From positions 25,854,001 through 25,918,000 of the forward strand of contig CM069147.1 of assembly GCA_035221665.1 (NCBI GenBank): a stretch of 64,000 bases of DNA, read 5' to 3'. The position numbers and the translations under genes are program-made. Source of the DNA: Okamejei kenojei. Its lineage: Eukaryota. Under the pieces are notes generated by a model. It was not told the DNA's origin, made no database searches, and worked only from the letters and a program-made list of their open reading frames with translations. This document shows, piece by piece, positions 37,001-49,000 of the stretch (positions within the stretch are counted from its first letter, which is position 1; each line of letters starts with the position of its first letter).

Positions 37001-40000
37001 CAAAGAAGTGCTTGTGAACTCAAGGCTACACTGAGACATCCTCATGTTCCTACATGGATAAGGAAGCCCGCTTTTCCGTGGAAAGTTACTGAATACTGGA
37101 TCACAATAGTTAACCCTGTAAACACAAGACCACCCGTGCCCCCTGCAGCTAGCAGCCTGAAATGCTGTAGTAAATGGGGGGTTTTTGATTGGCTCAGCGA
37201 GAGGCCAGTGGCGTGGTCTGCTTGAAAGATGAGATAGAATAATGTCAAGATGCCCTTGTATTATGTTTGACATATTAATCATCTGTTGTTGAATAAGATT
37301 AACATTAACAAAATTTATAACATGACTATTGAAATAATGAATATGCATGTAGCAGATGGTAGTAACAGGAAAACATATAACCAAGGACAAAGTATGTTTT
37401 CGTATAATGACATTGAACAAAAAAGTTTACTGCACAGTATAACTGTCGGCTAATTCTGCTGCAAAGATAGAGAACTGCCACTATCTCTCCATGATATCAT
37501 ACAATAAAGTCTATTGAAGCAAACCTCAAAGTCTCAGTTTTTCCTTTAATTTTCCTCGGTCAATTTCCTCGACACTAGGTTAAGCAAAGGATAGGGTGAT
37601 CAAGAAAAATATGTGCAAGGTGATGACCTCGACAAACAGGAGATCAAGGTTGAATAGCTGCTCTGATCACTCTGATTTACGCTTCACAAGTCTAATTGTT
37701 CTAAGATCTGATAAGAATTCTAAGATCTGATAATAAATAAATAAACCAAACAAATAGACAAGCCAAATGGACTGTAGATAGATAGATAGATAAATCAATA
37801 AATGGATTGAAGATCATGGACAAATAAAAAATGAGAGTGCATACATTAACGGTTACCTATAAATTTCACTAGGAACATAAACGTTTCCCTTGGCAGCACG
37901 TTCCAAACATCCACCAACCAGTCTCTGTAAAAATCTTACTTCGCACTTCACCTTTAAATTTTGTCCCTCTCACCTTAAAGCTACGTCCTCTAATCTAGCA
38001 TTTCTACACTGGGATAAAGACTCTGGCCATCTACCCTATCTATGCCTCACATAATTTCATATACTTCTATATACTTCCTATGCTGTGCTGGTCTATATGG
38101 CAATTAATATATTCTATGCGCCTCATAATTTTATATACTTCATAATATTATATACTTCGATCAGGCCGCCCCTTAGTCTCCAAAGCTCCAGTGAAAACCA
38201 TCCATGTTTGTCCAACCACTTCTTATAGCCAATACTCTCTGATCCAGACAGCATTCGGGAGCTTAGATCGCCGGCTACGGGAGCTTCGATCGTCCCGACT
38301 GCAGATGTTTCGACTGCCCCTACCGCAGGAGAATAAAGAGGAACAAGATTGGACTTTATTGCCTTCCATCACAATGAGAACAACGCCATGGTACTGTCCC
38401 ATTTGGCAGGAGGCAACTGGTGGCATTCTCCAAGGAACTGATTCATAAGTGAGCTTTGAAATAGGTAAGAGGGCGCAGTTCCAGGTTTGCAAACAAAGTC
38501 GGGCTCAGTAAATGAAAATGTTGAAAAAGACGTGCAGGTTAAGGTTCGAGATGTTTCATCAAATACTCCCTGATTAGAATGTAGTGAGAAACATTCCACA
38601 TAAAGTTCATAAGTTATAGGAGCAGAATTAGGCCTTTTGGCTCATCAAGTCTGTTCTGCCATTCAATCTTGGCTGATCTATTTTTCTCTCAACCCCATTC
38701 TCCTGTCTTCCCATAATCCCTGACACCCTTACTAATCAGGAATTTGTCAATCTCAAAAGGGCTCGGAATGGACAGAAAGACAAGTCGGCATTTACCTTAA
38801 ATTTCTTCACCAATTTATTATCATCTTCATCTTCTGTATTTGGGAATTCATAAATCTTAATCTTCTGTTCTTTGATTTCCTTCATAATCTGTGGAGAAAA
38901 GAAAATTCACAAGAATAGCAAAAACGCTCTGACGGTACGTGTCTCAATCAATGCTTATCAATACAAATGCTAACTTTATAAAGAGTCAAGGCAAAACATA
39001 CAATTCCCCCACTCATCACATTGGTCTGAATCACCATCTGACAAGAGAATGCTCTTGATATGATTTGACAAGAATAACATTGAAACAGATAGACACAAAA
39101 AGCTGGTGTAATTCAGCTGGCCAGGTAGCATCTCTGGAGAAAATAGATAGGTGACGGTTCAGGTCAGGACACTTCTTCAGGCTGACTGCAGGGAGCAGGG
39201 ATTAGAAGCAAGAAAAGACCAGGATTAATCAGGGCCGATAACACACAACCTCAGGCAAGGTGGTTCTCTGATAGGCCAACTGTTGGGTAGGGTTAACTTA
39301 CTTTTAATGGAGGAAAGCGGTCAAGGAGGGGAGAGTGGGTGTTTGTATGGTACCTAAAATTATAGAATTCAACATTCATACTACTGGGTTGTAAGTTACC
39401 CAAACAAAACATGAGGTGCTGTTCCTCCAACTTGCGATGATCATGGTTACAGTGATCACCCAGGGGGAAACCCTGGTAATACAGTGTCCACCCCCCGGAA
39501 CAGTCCCTGGTTACACAGTTACACAGTAACCACCCATAGGAACAGACCCTGGATATACAGTGACCACTGATTACACTGTGACTTTCCGGCGGACAGACCC
39601 CGATTACACTATGGCATCTAATACTGCTACATCACCGGGCATTGCTTTACCTGTTTCTTGAAGTGGTAGCACTCCTCAGTTGTGAGTGTGTCCGCTTTAG
39701 CAATAAGTGGAATGATGTTCACTTTCTCATGTAAACGCTTCATAAATTCAATATCCAGAGGCTTCAGCCTGCAAGAGAGTGGGAGAATCTAACTGAGAGT
39801 TGCAATAGGAACTGTTGCATTAAAGAAGCAGTGAACATCATTCTTCTCTCCCTGGCTGCTCACATTCAACGTTCCTCTAATATATTCCACCCTTCGCACC
39901 AACTATGGCTCTCTGACTAAACGTTTATTTCACCTCTGCGCAGGTGCAGTGTCTCGGAATGGGGTGCAAGAGGACACGTGGACCAGAGCTCAGGTTAGTA

Positions 40001-43000
40001 AATGGCGGGAACGCTTGTGGCACATGTGAAAGTGTGCGAGTGGCTGAGCAGAAGTGGGAACGGGTTGTAATGGACAAGGCCAGGAGTGAGGCCCAACTGT
40101 GGACAGACGAGGCCGGGAGTAGGGCCCAGCTGTGGATAAACGAGGCTGGGTGTGAGGCCTAGCTGCGAACAAAGCAAGGGGAGGAGGGAGATCCATCTGT
40201 GGATGCAGCGAGGATGGGGGGTGGGGTCCAGCTGTGTAGACGATATATTGTGTTCAATTCTGGACACATTTTCTGGATGTGAAGATTTATGAGAGCATAC
40301 ATTAAAGATTGCAGAAATGATAACTGGAAGGCGATCCCAGAATGGTAATTAAAATTACGATGAGTCGTCTTCATGGTTGTGAGGAGTTCCCACATTTTGG
40401 CAACTAGTCGCGGCCTCATTATGTCGGTGAGAATTTTTCAACATGGTGAAAAATTAGCGGCGTCCAGAATGAAGTCGCAATGGAGATTAGCGAGAATTCT
40501 CGAGCCGTAGGTCGGTCGCCAGGACGTCTTAAGGTTCTCATAGGTTGGAGCCGGGGCTGATTGGTGAATTTCATTGGCTCATTGGGGGAAAAAGGTAAGC
40601 AGTAGTTTTCAGAACCAAGGAACTGACCGGTAATGTTAAATGTCCGCGAACTTCACAGCCGTGTATCTCTCGCTTCTTAAAAGTTGTCTCTACTCCTCGT
40701 TACTCCTTCTCCCTCATTCTCCCCCCCCCTCCTCTTTTAAAGGACTTACCGTACACTGTGCTTTAGCTCTCTTAATTACAGCGCCAACCTTCCCGTTCAT
40801 CACGGTGCGTGTCTGTATGACCTTGGCTTTGCACCGTGGGAATTTTTTAGACAGCGTTNNNNNNNNNNNNNNNNNNNNNNNNNNNNNNNNNNNNNNNNNN
40901 NNNNNNNNNNNNNNNNNNNNNNNNNNNNNNNNNNNNNNNNNNNNNNNNNNNNNNNNNNNNNNNNNNNNNNNNNNNNNNNNNNNNNNNNGTCGCCGTTCCA
41001 ATTCCCGTTTTTTGAGCCAACTGCTGGCAACTCCCATGCAAATCTCACCCGTGTCCTGAGGGTGCAATAAAGTACAGGCAGCAGTGCACTCGCGTATCTG
41101 CTATCTGTCGCCGGTTCACTCGTGACTCAGAGTTCAGGAATTCCTCAAATCTGCTGTCGATATAATTTACAACTGGCTGCCAACTGCAAGGAAACCAGAA
41201 AGATTACAAATCAATAATAGACACCATCAGCACTTTGGGTGCTTTCTTACACTTGCATGTTTTCGTTTACTTTAGAGATACAGTGTGGAAACAAGCCCAT
41301 CGGCCCATTGTCCGTGGAACCAAAAAACACCCGTACACTAGTTCTATCCTGCACACTAGGGATCGTTTACAGAAGCCAATTAGCTTACAACCCTGTACAT
41401 CGTTGGAATGTGGGAGGAAACTAGAGCACCTGGAGAAAACCCACACGATCACAGGGAAAACATACAAACTCTGCACAAACATCACCTGTAGTTAATGCTG
41501 AGTGATGCTCTACCTAGAGCTTTTCAGTGTACTACATCCAGATCCAGAGGATCTCTGGCGTTGCAAAGCAGCAACTCTATCACTGCGCCACTGTATTTTT
41601 TTCTTTTAAAATCTGACAACTTTCCAAGATGGCAGTTATAATTATAAGATACAAGAGACGGTGTAAGTAAAATCTGAAACTACCAATTACTGTTGTCCAC
41701 CGCATCTCCAAATCCTGGGGTATCGACAATAGTCAGTGTAAGCTGCACTCCTCCTTCTTTAATTTGAACCTTTGCGTGTTCAACCTGGAAACAAACAGAT
41801 AAACTGCATTCAGGCCACTGAATACCATGTCTAAAGCTAACACACATTTACAGTGAAAGTGGCAAGAGCAGGGGTATGAGCAAATTTCAAGAACAAAAAA
41901 GGAAAAGAAAAGGCAGGCAATCATTCAATGGTACTTTGTCACGTGTACCCAAGCACAGTGAAATTCGTTTTTGCATACCGTTCAGTGACAATCCTGCTGG
42001 ACATTAGGCGTAATATAATAAATATAAGAGTGTAACACAGTGGACCATACTGAGTCTGTACACAACAGTTACCACATTTTTTGTGCCATCTTCGTGGAAC
42101 TCCAAGTACTTCGTGGGAGTCAGCATGCAGTTGATGGTTCCAACAAAGCATAAGGATCTACACGAGTAGACAAGTGCCCAAAATATTAACCAGGCATATT
42201 CACTAAAGCTCAAATAAGTCAGGATCTGGTGAGGCTGGACCACAGATAGGCCATTGAAAAGAGCAGGGTGTTCAGAAATCCCAACACACATACACACAAA
42301 ATAAAGCACTCCACAAGCAACAAACACATGAAGAAACAATCACACAAATTATACTATTGGACAATGTGGAGTTGCATCTGTCAACATGAATTCTAATCCT
42401 CATGAGGGTACACAAAAAGCTGGAGAAACTCAGCGGGTGCAGCAGCATCTAAGGAGCGAAGGAGATAGGCGACGTTTCGGGTCGAGACCCTTCTTCAGTC
42501 TGAAGAAGGGTCTCGACCCGAAACGTCGCCTATCTCCTTCGCTCCTTAGATGCTGCTGCACCCGCTGAGTTTCTCCAGCTTTTTGTGTACCCTCGATTCT
42601 CCAGCATCTGCAGTTCCTTCTTTAAAACTCTAATCCTCATGACATCAGTCGATCAGACATTGAAACTGCTTTCTGATTATCACCAATTGCTAGCCTTCAG
42701 CTGATGACACAAGACTTCACATTGATTTGGACTAGGGAAAAGTAGGGAAAACACCAAGGACGTGCAATGTAGTGAAGACAGATCATTCAATATATCATTA
42801 AGAATATCTCAGGAGAACCGTCACTGCTTCAAGATGCACAAATTGTGAAAAGTAAAGCTGTTTCACTAGGTGTGCAGCAAGTGGTGAGAGAATTAGCAAG
42901 GGATGACCAAACTTCACCCATCCACCATCTCCAGATGTATGTGCCCATGACAGTATCAAGAATGACCACTGCACAGCCATTGTGGAGACAAACTCCCATC

Positions 43001-46000
43001 TTCGCACCAAGGGTAACCTCTACTTTGACAAATTGGATACATTTAGAGTACACCTCGCAGCTAATGAAACACTATAAATCATCTGGCATAGAAAATGGTA
43101 CTATGTCACAAACTCTCCTGCAGCACACAGTGGATGAAGAAGCTCACAGCCAACCGGCAAATCGCCTGTACAGTTTAAGAAAATTAAGGAAGATAAGCAA
43201 CATCTATGAAAAAATAAATAACTTGCTTTTTCTTTTCACAGATGCTGTCTGAGGTTTTCCAACATTTTCTACTTTTATTTAACATTTCCAGAATCTGCAA
43301 ATTTTTAATTACCTGTACAGTTTTCTTGATCCTAAGTGACGGACCAGGATATTCCTTGGAGTACAGGTCTGACAGGAAGAGGGAATTGATCAATGTTGAT
43401 TTGCCAAGGCCCGATTCACCTGAAGGGAAAAAAAAAAAATAACAGTACAGATAAATCTCAACCAGGCATCATAGGGTTAGATGTGGACACCCAACACAGG
43501 TCACCCTGGATGCGAGTCATGCAATGGGTCTTTTCCAAACGGCCAGTCGACTGGATGCTGCAGTAGTTCACTTGTACAACCTTCTCATTGTAGCTTGAAC
43601 TTTGCCTACTCTGTACATCACAAACAATAAATGGAACACAGCACGAGAAATAATTCATACCTAGCCAAAGCAATTGCTGGCATGCAATCCAAACCTAGAT
43701 GGGTTGGTTGGTAAATTTGCAAATTACTCCAAGATTGCTGGAGTTGTGCGATGAAGGCTGTCAAAGTAAAGTGAGATCTAGATCAGCTCAGAAACAATGG
43801 GTAGAAAATACCTGGATTAGAGGTTATGCACTATAAGGAGTGATTGGACAGACTTGGATTGTTTTATCTGGAACACCAGAGGTTGAGGAGGGACCTGATG
43901 GAAGTACAGGTCCCCCACTGATTTTCCAGCACAATGTCAGTCTCAGAAGTTGGCTATAGGAAGGGATTTGCCGGCTGCAGCTGGGCTGGAGTTCCAGATG
44001 CCCCAAGCACAGGGGGAAAATTTGTCCTGCCGATCGGAAATCCGGCCGCGAAAGCCATTTATGGGAACAGATCGTCCAGTCCGGAGTTCCAGAGCCCTGG
44101 CCGCATGATGAAAATTTGACCCACTGATCAGAAGTCCATCCACGAAAGTCCCGATGAGGTCAAGATGGACCACCTCGCCCATCCTAAGCGACATATTTTC
44201 AGGGAGGGACTTCCGGGGGGGGGGGTTCAAATGCGATCTCGTAATTTTTTCCATATTAAAGGAGGTGTCGGACCATCAATACTAGAAAGCATAGATGTAT
44301 TGTGAGAGGGGTAAAGTTTAAAGGAGATTTACAAAGGGTGATGAGAGCCTAGAATGCAATGCTGGGTGTGGTACAACAGGCAGATACAATAGTGGTGTTT
44401 AATAGGCTTTTGAATTGGCACATAGATATGCAAGGAATGGAGAGATGTGGATTATATGTAGGCAGGTAAGAGTTTGCGTTGGCATCACGTTCCGCACAAA
44501 CATTGTGGGCGGAAGAACCTATTCCTGAGTTGTTCTATGATCTAAAAGCGTCATCCTGATAAATTGAGTAAAAAATGTAATTTAGATGGGTTTAACTCAT
44601 TGTAGGCTGATTTTAATGTACAGGGCGGCAAGGAGGCGCAACAGTAGAGTTGCTGCCTTACAGCGCCAGACACCTATGTTTGATCCTTATTACGGGTACT
44701 GTCTGCACGGAGTTTGTGTGTTCTTCCCGTAACCCGAGGTGTTTTCTCTGGGATCTCCGGTTTCCATTCACACTCCAAAGACGTATTGTTTGTGGGATAA
44801 TTGGCTTGGTATAATTGTAAATTGTCCCTAGTGTGTGCAGGACAGCATTAGTGTGCGCGGATCGCTGGTCGGCGCGGACTCAGTAGGCCGCAAGGCCTGT
44901 TTCCGCGCTATATCTCTAAACAACAGGTACTTTGGGGTACTTTACTTATATATCCTACTCCAACCCTGTCTGTGGCCTTCTGCACTAATAATACTGCCAA
45001 CTTGAGAATCTCATCTTGTGTTTCAGCACACTGCAGCTTTGAGCTCTCAATATCAAATTCAACAACTTCAGGTAACCTGCTTTCTCTGTCGAGCGAGCAA
45101 AATCATTTATCTGTGATATTGATTTTGTGTTTCCTCTTTCCTTTAGCATCACCAGACTTGCTGGCACATCTTAAGAGTCCAGCAATTCAGGACCTTTATT
45201 TCCCTTGTCTGTTTTCATGCTCTCTAACTGCCTGCATTTTACAGCTTTTATAAGCAAATTATAATAGTTTGTCCTCCATCAATCCATCAGTCAGATGACC
45301 AAGTTTACACCTTATCCCCATGGGCAATCCTGGCCTCGCCCTTTGACAGTTGTCTTATCCATCGTTCACCCACCCTCACAGTAAAACAATATAGATAGTT
45401 CTGCTGTAACATAATACATGTTCACAACCGATTTTCCAGCAACTGAAACAAAAACTGGAAATCCTGGAAACGCTCATCAGGATGGACACATTTATGGAAA
45501 GACAAAGTCAAAAAGCCTTTTGGCAGTACTGAAACAAAGAGAAAACAAGTTAGTTTCAATTGCGGTGAAGGTGGGAAAGAAAGAAGCAGAACAAACAGAA
45601 TCACTATTTGGTCGAGATCAAATGAGCACAAACTGCAGTTAGTCAGCAGTATTAAGCATCGCAAACAGAAAAGCTGAGGGACACATCTCGCAGGCAAGAT
45701 TGCGGAGAGGGATGTCTGGCAGAAATATCCCATTCTGTGGCAGTCCTCATAAAAGTATTCCAATCTTGATATTGGAAAAGAAGTTCCAGGATTTCCACCC
45801 AAAGATAATACACAAACAGAGGTATTGTTCCAAGTCAGGACAGTGCTTGACTAGATGAATCTGCAGGTAATGATGCCCCATGAAGCTTGCTGCCAATGTT
45901 ATTCTTGATGTTCATAAGGTCATAAGGAATAGGAGTTGAATAAGGACATCCAGCCCATCATGTCTACTCCGCCACTCAATCATGGCTGATCTATCTCTCC

Positions 46001-49000
46001 CTCCGAACCCCATTCTCCTGCCTTCTCCCCATAACCTGTACTAATCAACATGTTGCGGTCACAGTTCTGAGAGCTGCTGTGAGAATAGCCCAATGAAATC
46101 TCAGTGCATTTTGCATCTGGTGCACACCAGAGCCAATGTGCATTGCAAGTGCAGAGAGTGAATGTTTAGCTTGGTCAGTAGGCACTAATTAAGTCGGCTA
46201 CTTTGTCCTGAATGTTCATGAACTTCTTGATAATTGTTGGCACGAAATTCATCCAGGCAAGCAGAGGGTATTCAACCATGTACCTTATATTTGGTAGAGG
46301 AGCCTGTGGGGCATCAGGTGTTAAATCACTCCCCATAGGACACACAGCACGTAGCAATGGTATTTATGTGGCTGAGTTTCTGCTTTTTGGCTACATTCAA
46401 GAAGACATATGTGATGGGTGACTTTACAAAAGGCAATGTTACTGAATACTGGTTGGAATCTCTCTTTAGGAGATGTCCAGTGCCTTGCACTTCAGTGGCA
46501 CAAATGTTACTTGCTATTTCACTGCTCATGCTAGAAAGTTGTCCCTTTTTGTGGCATGCTGATATGGACTGCTTAATTTGCGGATGAGCTGCAAGTGGAA
46601 TTAAAACATCGTGCAATCATCAGCAAACATCTCAACTCTTGACATAATTATGGAAGAAAGGGTAATTGATGAGGCAGTTAAAGATGGTTAGGACCAGAAT
46701 AGTACACTGAAGTAGTCTAGGAATTATATTATGGGGCTGGGGCATCTGATCTCTGACAACTGGAATCATTTTCTTTTATACAAAAAATCACCACAATCAC
46801 CGGTGTGTTTTCCCTTTGTTGCCAATAATCTGTTTCATCAGGAGTCATTATTGTTATAGATTGACACGAAAAGCTGGAGTAACTCAGCAGGACAGGCAGC
46901 ATCTCTGGAGAGAAGGACTGGATGATGTTCCGGGTCAAGACCCTTCTTCATTATTGCTATATTTGGTCAAAAGCTGCCTTGATGTTAAAGGCAGTCACTC
47001 TCATCAGTGGAACTCAGCTCTTCAATCCATCTTTGGACCAAATTTGCAATAAAATCTCCAGCACAAGTGGTCTGCCGAAACCCAAACAGGGCTTCAATGA
47101 AGTACCACTTGACAGATGTATCGACAAGTTTCCATCACTGGGCAAAGTTAGTTGGATTAGATTTGTCGTTCTCTTACAAAGATATACCTTTGCAAATTTC
47201 TAAATTATTGGGTACATGCCAACATTGTACCTGTACCATAATAACTTACTGGAAGTGCAGTGATTTAAAGAGTTCATACCTTCAGTACAATAACAAGGAT
47301 GTTGTCCGAACACATAACTGTTTTGTCTCCAACCCTCTCTCATGGTGTAGAGGTTCTTACTATTGCTGGGCTCATCCAAGCAAGTAGAGTGCACTGAAAT
47401 TTCTGACTTGTTCCTTGTGAATGGATGAAAGACCTCAGGGAGCCAATGGACAATTCACCTGCTAAAGAATAATCTTTGATCTGGTTTTCTTGCCGTAATG
47501 TTCATGGGGTTATCCATTTTCGATTCTTGTCAATAACGACTCCAGGATGTAGATGGCGAATGAGGGAACAATGATTAAAAACATAATGTGAAAATAAGGT
47601 GGCTATACCTAGTTTTACTATGCTTCCTAATTAACACTATGACTTTACATTTTCTGTTCTTTCATGTAGACATAATATCAAATCCCTCATAACTTACCCA
47701 CAACCATCAACGTGAACTCAAAACCTCGTTTCACTGACTTCCTGTACACCTGGTTTGGGAGGTTTGCGAATCCCACATATCCTTCCAAGGAACGGGCATA
47801 CTGAAAGGAAAAGGATGTAAGAGTTACAGCCGTCTCATTTTCCCAGATCTGAGTCATTCCCACTCTGCTTCTCTCTGACCCTCTGTCATGTATGTTCTCT
47901 GCTTCCCATGTTTGTTGAATAACTAAGATCTGCCAGATAACTAAATGTTCCCATGTTTATACCGTATAAAATTAAATTTTGCAACAATACAAACAAGAGT
48001 TTTTAGGATAGGAGTCCACAGATGATGATAAAGAAGATACAGTTTTATGGTGTGACTCTAAGTAAGGGGGCTTGGGGAGATTTCCATAGGTTAGGGCATT
48101 GTCACCAGTTGAAAAGCATTAAATTGTGGAGTGACAAAAAGTGCAGGTGCACAATGCACACAGAACAATAACGACAAGTGTGAGGGTGCGAAGAAGAACC
48201 AAGAGAGCAGAGTTGAGCCATGAAGAAATCTGAAAACAAGACTAAGAATTTTAAAACTGTCTGACTGATCTTCAACGTATAGTTCAACTAGCTGATGAAC
48301 AACAAATGCTTTGCCTACACAGGAGATAAAAAACAAAATACAGAATTCTGGAAATCTGAAATACAGACTGGAGTGGCTGACGACCTGTCTGAGTGAGACT
48401 ATTTTTAGAATTCTCAATTATTTCATTTTCAGCCACTGCTGTAATCTGAATCATTCCTATCCCTCTATTTACATCTCTTTCAAATAGATTAGCAATGATT
48501 CAGATGCAGTCACTGCCAACAGCATCCCTGCACTGCAACAAAATGTTAATGGATTCTCTTGGTCATACACATTCCCTGTTTTCTCCCACTCTCTGCAACG
48601 CAGAACATTTATTTTCTATTTTTTCCAATTCCTACCAAAAAAAGAGCTAAATTCAGCAAAGCATTTGACATGGTTCCACATTGGAGATTGCTCTGGAAGG
48701 TTAGATCGCTTGGGATCGAAGGAGAGATAGCTGAATGAATAGAAAATTGGTTTCATGGAAGGCAGCAGAGGTTAATGGTAGAAGGTTGCTTCTCGAACTG
48801 TTGGCCTGTGAATAGTTGTGTGCCTCAGAGTTCTTTGCTGGACCCATTACTGTTTGTCATCTGTATCAATGCTTTGGATGAGAACGGACATGGCAAGATT
48901 AGCAAGTTTGCAAATGATACAAACGTGGGTGGTATTGCAGATAGTGAAGATGGATGTCAAAAATTGCATCAGGAACTTGATCAGTTGGGAAAGTGGGCTA

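Noticed and set aside
39440-39612. Spaced repeats resembling a CRISPR array
   Set aside because: Eukaryotic intron, degenerate tandem units without unique spacers, no cas genes
44622-44695. tRNA gene-like box A/box B sequences (also 2850, 5460, 10212)
   Set aside because: Heads of HE1-type SINEs; no complete cloverleaf
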